From positions 20,562 through 84,561 of the forward strand of contig JBBRSP010000025.1 in assembly GCA_038245295.1 (NCBI GenBank): 64,000 nucleotides of DNA. The letters run 5' to 3'. The notes beneath the pieces are model-generated. The model was not told where the DNA came from. It worked only from the letters and a program-made list of their open reading frames with translations, and did no database searches. Positions 55,927 to 64,000 of the stretch are shown here, piece after piece. Source of the DNA: Candidatus Binatia bacterium. GTDB lineage: Bacteria > Desulfobacterota > Binatia > HRBIN30. The first letter of the stretch is position 1. Each line of letters starts with the position of its first letter. Position numbers and translations under genes: made by a program.

Positions 55927-56706
55927 TCAGTGGAAGAAGTGCCCGCCGTTTACGTCCAACGCCTGCCCCGTCACCGCACGCGACATATCGGAAGCGAAGA
56001 ACACCACTGTGTCGGCGATCTCCTCGGAGTCGGGGATGTGGTGCAACGCGGTGCGCTCGCTGATCTCTTTGTGCACCTCTTCGTAGGTGCGGCCCTGCTG
56101 CTTCGCCAGGTAGCGGAAATAGCCGGCGAGCTTGTCGCTCCAGATGTAGCCGGGGACGACGCTGTTGACGCGAATCTTGTACGGGCCGAGCTCCTTGGCC
56201 AACGTCTGCGAGGCGATCATCAGTGCCCCTTTCGACGCCGCGTAGCCGCCCATGCTGGCTTCGATGATGCGCATCGACATGGAGTTGATGAACACGACGG
56301 AGCCGCCACCCTGCTTCTTCATGTGCGGCACAACCGCCTGCGTGAGTTGCAGCGAGCCAAAGACGTTGACGTCGAAGATCTTGCGCCAGTCGTCCATCGT
56401 CGCCTGCTCGAAGAGAGGCTCGACACCGCCCTTGAAGGCGTTGTTGACCAGCACATCGACGCGCCCGAATTCCTTGATCGCTGCATCGACGAGGCGTTTG
56501 CAGTCGTCGGGTTTGGCAATGTCGGTCGGTATGCCCAACGCCCGACGCCCTAGCTTCGCAACATCCGCCGCCACTTCATCGAGTGGCCCGGCACTACGTG
56601 CGGCCAGAACGATGTCGGCCCCCTCGCGGGCGCAGGCGAGTGAAATGTCGCGTCCCATCCCAGGGCCGATACCCGACACGATTGCAACACGATCCTTTAG
56701 AAGCAT
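55927..56706 (-). CDS. SDR family oxidoreductase
   Basis: SGIGPGMG, VNNA, YAASK, RVNSVVPG. Confidence 0.93.
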   Translation of the reverse strand: MLLKDRVAIVSGIGPGMGRDISLACAREGADIVLAARSAGPLDEVAADVAKLGRRALGIPTDIAKPDDCKRLVDAAIKEFGRVDVLVNNAFKGGVEPLFEQATMDDWRKIFDVNVFGSLQLTQAVVPHMKKQGGGSVVFINSMSMRIIEASMGGYAASKGALMIASQTLAKELGPYKIRVNSVVPGYIWSDKLAGYFRYLAKQQGRTYEEVHKEISERTALHHIPDSEEIADTVVFFASDMSRAVTGQALDVNGGHFFH

Positions 56707-56731
56707 GGGTCCATCCTTGTAGAGACTTCAG

Positions 56732-56828
56732 CTCCGCGCCGCCGCGTCTCCGCGTGAGACGATCCGCCGACCCGGCCCTCACCCTACCCTCTCCCAGGCG
56801 CTGCAAACTCATTTGAGCTGGGAGAGGG
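56732..56828. repeat. Octamer repeats plus CCCTCACCC-type palindromic element
   Basis: CTCCGCGC CGCCGCGT CTCCGCGT GAGA; CCCTCACCCTACCCTCTCCCAG...CTGGGAGAGGG. Confidence 0.65.
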
Positions 56829-56831
56829 AAC

Positions 56832-57782
56832 TTACAGCAGCGGTCCAACTTCCAACCCGAAGCGCTCAACCTGCTCGACGAATTCGTCGCACGACCGCGC
56901 CCGAAAGCGCACTCCCATATGACTGACCCCGAGCTTTTTGCGTTCGCGCAACGTAGCGGCGATCGATTCGGCGGAACCGCTCAAGGCGTTGGCGCCGAGA
57001 TCGAAGGTCGCATTGCCGACATACAACCACGGGCTGTTCATGCCGATCTCGATCGGCGCATCGCCACGAGTCTTGGCGCGGTGCTCGTGGATGAAGGCGA
57101 TCGCTTTCTCCATGCCCATCTCGGGAACACCCTGCGGCAACCAGCCATCGCCGCGCTCGGCGGCGCGCTTGAGAGCCGCCGGTGTCGAGCCGCCGATCCA
57201 GATCGGCGGGCGCGGTTTCTGCACCGGACGCGGCCGTAGGCCGAGCTCGTTGAACTTCCAGTGTGCTCCGCTGTGTGTCGGGTACTCTTCGGTGAACGCG
57301 GCCTGGATCGCTTCAATCGCTTCATCGAGCAACTTGCCGCGCTTTTTGAAGTCGACCCCGAGCATCTCGAACTCGCCCTGAAGATGACCGGCACCAACAC
57401 CGAGAATGACGCGCCCGCCGGACAGCGTGTCGACCGTGGCAAACGCCTTGGCGGTCATCAGCGGATGGCGATACGGCGCCACGTAGACATAGGACAGCAA
57501 GCGGACACGTTGTGTCGTCGCCGCGAGAAAACCCAGTGTGGCGATCGTGTCGTACCAGGTTGTCGACATCACGGCCGCCGCGGCCCGCGGCACGGCGACG
57601 TGATCACACACGGCAACATAGAAGAAGCCGCTGCGATCGCAGGCCTGAGCGATACGCGTGATCTCAGCTGTGCCGGCACCGGCTTCCCACTCTTGCGCGA
57701 AGCTCTTGCTCTGCGCCGTGATCGGCAGCTGCAGACCAAAGACCAGCTTGCCGGGTGGGCATATTTGCACCGCCGTGTTCAT
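56832..57782 (-). CDS. LLM-class, probably F420-dependent oxidoreductase
   Basis: CDHVAVP, YRHPLMTAK...LSGGRVILGVGAG, PVQKPRPPIWIGG. Confidence 0.9.
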   Translation of the reverse strand: MNTAVQICPPGKLVFGLQLPITAQSKSFAQEWEAGAGTAEITRIAQACDRSGFFYVAVCDHVAVPRAAAAVMSTTWYDTIATLGFLAATTQRVRLLSYVYVAPYRHPLMTAKAFATVDTLSGGRVILGVGAGHLQGEFEMLGVDFKKRGKLLDEAIEAIQAAFTEEYPTHSGAHWKFNELGLRPRPVQKPRPPIWIGGSTPAALKRAAERGDGWLPQGVPEMGMEKAIAFIHEHRAKTRGDAPIEIGMNSPWLYVGNATFDLGANALSGSAESIAATLRERKKLGVSHMGVRFRARSCDEFVEQVERFGLEVGPLL

Positions 57783-58924
57783 GCGCTGCGGCGTGCCGCG
57801 TTCGCCACGGCGGCTTCGCGATAACGTGTCGTGCTGTGCACGGGGTCCTTGTCAAAACGCGGGATCACGTGTTTGCCGAAAAGCTCCACCGAGTGGCGCG
57901 CGACTTCCTGCGTCTGCGTCGATGCGAGAATGCCGAAGATGATCTGATCGCAACCAACGTCGGTATACTGTTGCACGTTGCGCGCGCACTCTTCCGGATC
58001 ACCGACGATCCGTTGGCCCGATTGAATGCGTTGCTCGAGCTGCTCGGGTGTCGGCTCCGGGATCAGGGTGGGCCATTGCGGCACGCCGGCCGGGCGCGGG
58101 AAGGTATCGAGATAACGGAAGACCAGGCTCGTATGATAGGCGTTGCCCATGTGCAGCGCCTGCTCGCGCGCCTTCTTGCCATCTTCCATACACACGAGCT
58201 GGGTTACACAGGCGACGTTGTCGTTGACGAACTCGCCGACCGGCTCGGCGTGTTTGATGTTGTCCTTGTAAATCTTGATCAGCGGCTCGAAGTCCTTCGG
58301 CGAGCCCAGGCTGAAACACAACGCGCCGAGTCCGAGCCGTCCCGCCTTCTCGAAGGTCGACGGGCTGCCACACGCCACCCAGATCGGCGGGTGCGGCTTG
58401 CTGTACGGTTTCGGAAGCACATTGCGCTCGGGCATCGAGAAGTATTTGCCGTCGTAGCTGTACTTGGTCTCTTTCCACATGCGCAGGATCTGCGGCAGCG
58501 ACTCGTCGTACATGGCGCGCGTCGTGTCGCCGTCGGGAATGCCGAAGCCTTTGAACTCGGTGCTCGACGAACCGCGGCCGGTACCGAACTCGAAACGTCC
58601 TTCGCTCAGATGGTCGAGCATCGCCACACGTTCGGCCATACGCGCCGGGTGATTCACCGGCGGTGTGATGTTGTAGATCGCCGAGCCGACGTGGATCTGC
58701 TTGGTGCGCGCCGCAACATACGGCAGGAACGTTTCCGAGGCGGAGATGTGCGAGTACTCTTCGAGGAAGTGGTGCTCGACCGACCACACGTATTTGAACT
58801 TGTGGGCATCGCAATGGATCGCCAGGTCGAGCTCGTTCATCAGACGCTTGTGCTCGGCGTCGACCGGATCCGTCTCCATCTCGTGCTTGGGAACGTGCGC
58901 CTGAACGAATAGTCCGAATTCCAT
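57779..58924 (-). CDS. LLM-class flavin-dependent oxidoreductase
   Basis: WSVEHHF, HPARMAERVAMLDHLSEGRFEFGTGRG, PKPYSKPHPPIW. Confidence 0.92.
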   Translation of the reverse strand: MEFGLFVQAHVPKHEMETDPVDAEHKRLMNELDLAIHCDAHKFKYVWSVEHHFLEEYSHISASETFLPYVAARTKQIHVGSAIYNITPPVNHPARMAERVAMLDHLSEGRFEFGTGRGSSSTEFKGFGIPDGDTTRAMYDESLPQILRMWKETKYSYDGKYFSMPERNVLPKPYSKPHPPIWVACGSPSTFEKAGRLGLGALCFSLGSPKDFEPLIKIYKDNIKHAEPVGEFVNDNVACVTQLVCMEDGKKAREQALHMGNAYHTSLVFRYLDTFPRPAGVPQWPTLIPEPTPEQLEQRIQSGQRIVGDPEECARNVQQYTDVGCDQIIFGILASTQTQEVARHSVELFGKHVIPRFDKDPVHSTTRYREAAVANAARRSA

Positions 58925-58933
58925 GATCTCTCC

Positions 58934-60430
58934 TTAAGCTTTTGGTTCGTCGACCCGTCCGGCGCGCCGCCCGCGCGCCGCACGAATCCGTGTCGGGGCG
59001 CGCCGCGCAGCAATCGGCGGATCTTCCCCCGCACGCTGCAACTCCGCGAACGACTCGCGCAGCGCGATTACAAACTCACCCAGGTCGGGAACGATATCCC
59101 AATCGGCATTCAGGCCCATGAACAACTTGCCATCGTAGCTAAACGTCGCCACACCCAACCCCTGGTACTCGAAAAGCGGCACAATCGGATACCCTTCGAG
59201 CAAGCGCGAGCCGAGCAGATAGAGCGGGAACTGCGGCCCGGGAACGTTCGAGATGATGAGGTTGTACGGATGGATGGTCGCCGCAAGACGAACCCCGAGC
59301 GTCAGGATCGTGTCGAAGTACTCGGCCACCTGGGACAGCGCCGAGATGCCACGTACCTGCTGCGATTCCTTCAGCCGCGTCGTCGTCTCGCGAACGATCT
59401 GGTAGCGTTTATGCGCCTCGGGCTCGCCGAGCGGCAACGTCAGCAGCCACGCGGCGACGCGATTCCCCACCTGGCCGATCTCGTCGCCGGTGCGGACATT
59501 CACCGGCACGACCGTCTTGAAATCGATGCTTTCCACATCGCAGCCGCGGGCGCGCAGATAACGACGCAGGGCGCCGGCCACCGTCGTCAAGATCACATCA
59601 TTGATGGTGCCGCCGAGGCGATTCTTGATCGCCTTTGCATCGGCCAGCGCCACCGAGTGGTAATCGAAGCGCCGGTGCGGGCCGATGGGCTGGTTCAGCG
59701 GTGTCGCGGCCGGCGGCTTGAGGCCGGCGGAAACGAACTCGAAGGCGCTCGACATCTGGTCGCGCAGCTGGTCGGGCCAGACGTTGAAATCGAGACCGTT
59801 GGCCCATGATTGCGCCAAACGTAGGAACTCCAGCGGTTGGGTGACACGGCGCAGGACTTCGTCGCGAAACAGTTCCTGCGTCGACGGGGTCGGGCGTGGA
59901 ATCCAGTTGGGCGACGCTTCGAAGTTGTCATCGGCTTCGGGCCGCAGCAGCACCGACATGAGATCGACGCCCGAGACGCCGTCGACGACGCAATGGTGCG
60001 TCTTCAGAATCATCGCCAGACGGTCGTCTTCGAGGCCCTCGACCATCCAAACTTCCCAAAGCGGACGGCGACGATCGAGCCGTTGCGACATGATGCGCGC
60101 CGACAGGCGCTTGAGCTGAGCGACGTCACCCGGACGTGGCAGGCTGGTATGGCGCACGTGGTAGTGCAGGTTCAACCGGTCGTCGTCGACCCACACCGGC
60201 GAGCCGTCGATCGGCACATGCATCAACCGCTGCCGATAGCGTGGGATCAAATGCAGGCGTGAGCCGATGTAGGTGCGGACCCTTTCGATATCGATGCCGC
60301 CATGGGGTAAGCGCAGCGGCGCCGCATCGAAGATCGTCGTGCCGCCCACGTGCATATGCGTATGGTGTTGTTCGAACACCAGAAACGGCCGATCCGTGGC
60401 GGCCATCCGCTCGTACCAATATTGCGCCAT
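58934..60430 (-). CDS. Wax ester synthase / diacylglycerol acyltransferase (WS/DGAT)
   Basis: HHCVVDG catalytic motif, LDRRRPLWE, TINDV, ISNVPGPQ. Confidence 0.95.
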   Translation of the reverse strand: MAQYWYERMAATDRPFLVFEQHHTHMHVGGTTIFDAAPLRLPHGGIDIERVRTYIGSRLHLIPRYRQRLMHVPIDGSPVWVDDDRLNLHYHVRHTSLPRPGDVAQLKRLSARIMSQRLDRRRPLWEVWMVEGLEDDRLAMILKTHHCVVDGVSGVDLMSVLLRPEADDNFEASPNWIPRPTPSTQELFRDEVLRRVTQPLEFLRLAQSWANGLDFNVWPDQLRDQMSSAFEFVSAGLKPPAATPLNQPIGPHRRFDYHSVALADAKAIKNRLGGTINDVILTTVAGALRRYLRARGCDVESIDFKTVVPVNVRTGDEIGQVGNRVAAWLLTLPLGEPEAHKRYQIVRETTTRLKESQQVRGISALSQVAEYFDTILTLGVRLAATIHPYNLIISNVPGPQFPLYLLGSRLLEGYPIVPLFEYQGLGVATFSYDGKLFMGLNADWDIVPDLGEFVIALRESFAELQRAGEDPPIAARRAPTRIRAARGRRAGRVDEPKA

Positions 60431-60446
60431 GCGAGATTCTCGAGAG

Positions 60447-60462
60447 ACAAACGAACGTTTGT
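60447..60462. promoter_or_regulatory. Palindromic operator candidate (TetR-family, PsrA-like)
   Basis: ACAAACG-AA-CGTTTGT, 16 nt upstream of the WS/DGAT start. Confidence 0.55.
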
Positions 60463-60616
60463 TCTTAGCGGTAGCTCGTTGACGAAGTCAAACCGTTTTC
60501 CGCCGCCGCACCCTGGCCACGATCGAATGTCACGGCTGTCACAGTTCGCATAGCTGCATTGCAGCTATGCGACGCAGCGATCGAATCGAGTGAGTCGCTT
60601 CTGGTACTCGCCGCAC

Positions 60617-60985
60617 ATGCCCAATGCGCAGGAAATGAGTCAGCGGGTGCAGGAATTCACGGCGGCGGTAGCGAAGTATGTCGAGGCGCCGCTGCCGACG
60701 CCGGAGGAGCGCCATGCGGCGCAGCAATTGCAACACGCCGCGCGAAGCCTCGTCGAGGGATATGAAGCCTCATGCGGCATGACGTCGCGCACGCATCTCG
60801 CGACCAAGCTGGCGCGTGTCGTGGAGGAGACGGAAGACTGTTGCTTCTGGATTCGTATGCTTGTCGAGCTGTCGCTCAAGCCACCGGCCACGCTGACTCA
60901 GCTGGCCAAACAAGCCGAGGAAATCTTCAAGGCTCTCTCACACAGCATCGCCACGGCGCGGCATCGGTGCCGCCCGGCGAGATAG
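60617..60985 (+). CDS. Divergent four-helix-bundle protein (23S rRNA IVS protein family)
   Basis: QLQHAARSLVEGYEASC...SR...TKLARVVEETEDCCFWIRML pattern; start uncertain (60590 or 60617). Confidence 0.65.
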   Translation: MPNAQEMSQRVQEFTAAVAKYVEAPLPTPEERHAAQQLQHAARSLVEGYEASCGMTSRTHLATKLARVVEETEDCCFWIRMLVELSLKPPATLTQLAKQAEEIFKALSHSIATARHRCRPAR

Positions 60986-61027
60986 GCGCAGGCTTTGGTG
61001 GCCTGCGCGGTTTTGCACACACACACC

Positions 61028-61185
61028 CCGCAGGCTGAAGAGGCTGTCTCAAAACATAGGCTCACCCTTCGACGGGCTCAGGGCGAGCGGACAAAATGTC
61101 TTTAAAAATCAACCAAGCACCCGCTCAGGCTGAGCCTGTCGAAGCCGGCTCCGCAAGGTTTTGAGACAGCCTCTTCAGCCTGCGG
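61028..61185. mobile_element. MITE-like element: perfect 28-bp terminal inverted repeats enclosing a REP doublet
   Basis: CCGCAGGCTGAAGAGGCTGTCTCAAAAC / GTTTTGAGACAGCCTCTTCAGCCTGCGG; inner CTTCGACGGGCTCAGGGCGAGCGG / CCGCTCAGGCTGAGCCTGTCGAAG. Confidence 0.75.
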
Positions 61186-61192
61186 ATCGACG

Positions 61193-61660
61193 CTACGCCG
61201 CCTTGAGCAGCGCCAGCACCTGATCCGGATGTTTCTCGGCGCTGGCGATGCGGGCCCAGTGCTTCTTGACGACACCGTCCGCGCCGATCCACACGGTCGA
61301 GCGAATGACACCGACGGTTTTCTTGCCGTACATCATCTTCTCGCCGTAGGCGCCGTAGGTTTTCATCATCTTGCGATCGGGATCGGACAGCAGCGGAAAC
61401 GGCAGCTTGTACTTCGAAATGAATTTCTGGTGCGACTCACCGCTGTCCGCCGATACACCGACGACAATGGCGCCAAGCTTCTTGAGCTCGGACCAGCCGT
61501 CACGGAAACCGCAGGCTTCCTTGGTGCACCCTGGGGTATCGTCCTTCGGATAGAAGTACAGGATCAAGTTCTTGCCGGCGAAGTCGGCGAGCGAGACGCT
61601 CTTGCCATTGGCGTCGGTGAGTGTGAAGTCGGGGGCCGGCTTGCCTTCTTTGATTGCCAT
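61193..61660 (-). CDS. bcp: Peroxiredoxin BCP/PrxQ
   Basis: LYFYPKDDTPGCTKEACGFRD; GAGGAGG RBS. Confidence 0.93.
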   Translation of the reverse strand: MAIKEGKPAPDFTLTDANGKSVSLADFAGKNLILYFYPKDDTPGCTKEACGFRDGWSELKKLGAIVVGVSADSGESHQKFISKYKLPFPLLSDPDRKMMKTYGAYGEKMMYGKKTVGVIRSTVWIGADGVVKKHWARIASAEKHPDQVLALLKAA

Positions 61661-61769
61661 CGTTGCTGTCCTCCTCGGTTGTCGAAGCCGCCAACCTGTC
61701 ATAGCCGCCGAGCGAATCAAGCCCGCGTCGAAAGACAAGCCGTAGACGCCGGCGTCAGACGGCGGGGCT

Positions 61770-63176
61770 TCACAACACCTTGCCTGGATTCATGATGCCA
61801 AGCGGATCAAGAGCCGCCTTCACCTGACGCATCAGCGCCATCTCTACCGGCGACTTGTACCGCAAGATCTCTTCCCGCCGCAGCTGCCCAATCCCGTGTT
61901 CGGCACTGATCGAGCCGCCGAATTGGTCGACGCTGTCATGCACCAGGCGATTGATCGCCGCCTGGTTTTCCAAGAATACCTCCGCATCGCTGCCGACAGG
62001 CGACGAGATATTGTAATGCAGATTGCCGTCGCCGAGATGGCCAAAACACACGACGCGAATCCCCGGGTAGGCCCGATCCAAAGCCGCGCCCGTGATGGCA
62101 ATGAACTCCGCAATCGCCGAGATCGGCAGCGACACATCGTGTTTGATGTTCTTGCCCGCACGCGCTTGCGCCTCGGAAATGTTCTCGCGCAAGCTCCACA
62201 GCGCGGAGGCTTGCGCGTCACTGGTGGCGATCACGGCGTCGCCCACGAGTCCGCATTCAAAGCCACCCGCAAGGCCCGCCTCGAGGAGAGCCCGCACTTG
62301 CTGCGGCGCCTGGCTGTCGGAGAGCTCGAGCAGGACATAGTGCGGATGACGCTGCGCCAACGGCGCACGGCAGTCGGGGAAGTAGCGGAGGACCAGATCG
62401 AGACAGAAATCGGAAAACAACTCGAACGTCGTCAGACGCGCGCCAAACTCCGACTGTGCCCGCTCCAGGAGCTCAAGAGCGCGCCGCGGCGACTCGACGG
62501 CCACCAACCCCGTCGACTGGCCGCGCAGCAGAGGAAACAACTTGAGCACTGCCGCCGTGATGATGCCCAGAGTCCCTTCGGCGCCGATGAACAATTGCTT
62601 CAGATCGTAACCGGTGTTGTTTTTGCGCAAGCCCCGCAAACCGTCCCACACTTCACCGTTCGCGAGCACCACTTCGAGACCAAGGGTCAGCTCACGCGTA
62701 TTGCCGTACCGCAGCACTGCCGTGCCACCGGCATTGGTAGAAAGGTTGCCGCCGATCTCGCAGCTGCCCTCAGCGGCAAGGCTGAGTGGGAACAAACGCT
62801 CGGCGTCGAGCGCCGCCTGTTGTACCGCGGCGAGTGTGCACCCGGCTTCCACGGTCAGCGTGCTGTTGGCGCGATCAACCTGGCGCACGCGATTCATCCG
62901 CGACAGGTTGAGGATGATCTGGCTTGCCGATGTGTCGGGTGTGGCGCCACCCGCCAAGCCGGTATTGCCACCCTGCGGAACGATCCCGATCCGTTCGGCG
63001 GCACACAGCCGCACGACGTCGGCAACCTCGCTGGTTGATGCCGGCATGACGACGGCTTGCGCCTTGCCGACGTAGCGTCTGCGCCAATCGATGAGGAACG
63101 GCGCCATCGACGCCTCGTCGTCGAATAATCCATGCGTTCCGACGATGGCGCGAAGCCTGTCCCGGAGGTCTTTCAT
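61770..63176 (-). CDS. FAD-binding oxidoreductase (D-2-hydroxyacid dehydrogenase type)
   Basis: PQGGNTGL, IGGNLSTNAGG, GHLGDGNLH, SISAEHGIG, DPLGIMNPGK. Confidence 0.93.
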   Translation of the reverse strand: MKDLRDRLRAIVGTHGLFDDEASMAPFLIDWRRRYVGKAQAVVMPASTSEVADVVRLCAAERIGIVPQGGNTGLAGGATPDTSASQIILNLSRMNRVRQVDRANSTLTVEAGCTLAAVQQAALDAERLFPLSLAAEGSCEIGGNLSTNAGGTAVLRYGNTRELTLGLEVVLANGEVWDGLRGLRKNNTGYDLKQLFIGAEGTLGIITAAVLKLFPLLRGQSTGLVAVESPRRALELLERAQSEFGARLTTFELFSDFCLDLVLRYFPDCRAPLAQRHPHYVLLELSDSQAPQQVRALLEAGLAGGFECGLVGDAVIATSDAQASALWSLRENISEAQARAGKNIKHDVSLPISAIAEFIAITGAALDRAYPGIRVVCFGHLGDGNLHYNISSPVGSDAEVFLENQAAINRLVHDSVDQFGGSISAEHGIGQLRREEILRYKSPVEMALMRQVKAALDPLGIMNPGKVL

Positions 63177-63402
63177 GAGTGTCCCACGGCTGCCTTACAC
63201 CACGGCGGCTGTGGCGGCTCAATCGGCGGCACGGCGGGTGGGCACGGGCCTGTGCCTGAACGTGTCCGGGCCTCAGTCTATTTCGGAACGAATATCAGCC
63301 GCCGCCGGACGTCCGTTCCGGCGGCAGGTCGGCGCCGCATGGCCATCGTGTCTGTAATGGTTGGTCATCCGTCGGCATCGTGCTTGCCCTTGGGAGGGAG
63401 TC

Positions 63403-63891
63403 ATGGTCGCAAATGGGAAACGAATTCAACCGGGTCTGGTGCTGGTGCTGGCAATGGTGCTGGTTGTCCTGACTCCCATGGGTGCCGACGCGCAAGTCGT
63501 CGTCGATAGCGTTACCTCGAGTAGTGCCGACGGATTGACCATGACGTTCCCACACACGGTAGGTGTCGGCGACCATACGCTACTAATGGTCGGCATCGCC
63601 GTGCACGCGCAGGCAAAGGTCAGCGGCATCAATTGGGGCACCGGAACGACGGCGTGCTCCGGAGTGTGTACGCCAGTCGCCTGCCAATGTGTGCTGTCCC
63701 AAGTCGCCACGGTTACCGACGGCGGCAAGAATGTCACCGTGCAGCTGTGGAAGCTGCTTAATCCACCGCCCGGAACCGCACCGATCACCGTTATCCTGCC
63801 GTCGAGTCATCGCATGGCGGCCGGCGCTACCTCGTTCTTCGGCGTCGACCACAACTCACCGCTAGCCCGGATAATTCACGTGGAGATCTAA
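63403..63891 (+). pseudogene. Secreted protein gene, apparently truncated by IS insertion at 63866
   Basis: Signal peptide, GGAGGGAG RBS; the last residues (RIIHVEI*) are read from the IS end. Confidence 0.6.
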
Positions 63892-64000
63892 AGCATCGGC
63901 CCCATCCGTGATAACCACTGCAACTGACTAAGGTTTTGGCGGTTGGACGCGGGGAGGGGCCGATGACAGAGTGTGTTCCACAACTGAGCTTAGATTTCCA
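63866..64000 (+). mobile_element. Left end of an IS1380-family-like insertion sequence, transposase start at 63963 (partial)
   Basis: CCCGGATAATTCACG end after CTAG; GGGGAGGGG RBS; MTECVPQLSLDF N-terminus recalled as typical of IS1380 transposases; local drop in GC. Confidence 0.7.

Noticed and set aside
60529..60542. GTCAC-GGCT-GTCAC as a Pho box
   Set aside because: Spacing is 9 bp, not 11
509..63038. Many long antisense or alternate-frame ORFs (e.g. 12426-14159+, 30888-32933-, 5921-7297+, 57755-58912+)
   Set aside because: Shadow ORFs of high-GC genes that have clear family motifs on the opposite strand
1..64000. CRISPR array, rRNA, tRNA
   Set aside because: No equal-length repeat-spacer series, and no recognisable rRNA or cloverleaf sequence seen by eye

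Overview
GC-rich bacterial chromosomal window. The cysteine-bracketed dockerin-like domains, Pro/Thr linkers, LLM/F420-type oxidoreductases, SCP2 and WS/DGAT suggest Candidatus Binatia or a relative; this is an inference. The dominant theme is phosphorus economy. (1) 338-4777: polyphosphate operon sixA / CHAD / two thymidylate-kinase-like paralogues / ppx. (2) 4832-14051: a TonB-dependent receptor surrounded by secreted proteins carrying three paralogous cohesin-like and two dockerin-like domains. (3) A phosphoesterase, a plant-type phospholipid N-methyltransferase, an OPA-family MFS transporter, a PhyH dioxygenase and mgsA. (4) 30786-36867: an uncharacterised lipid operon (class III aminotransferase, PHP-GT4 fusion, PS decarboxylase, Mpo1-like protein). 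(5) A 2646-aa secreted multidomain protein with a PHP-type metallohydrolase domain, divergent from a PstS-OmpA fusion and phnZ-phnY. Six promoters carry 11-bp-periodic GTCAY-type (Pho-box-like) arrays, read directly from the sequence; four have a -10-like hexamer exactly 10 nt downstream. The window also contains two four-helix-bundle genes, five arrays of a 9-bp repeat, several REP/MITE-like elements, a hydrolase gene with an in-frame amber codon, and an IS1380-like element interrupting the last gene. No rRNA, tRNA or CRISPR array was seen. All family calls come from motif recognition by eye, without database searches. Many starts were moved from the ORF track to RBS-supported codons.
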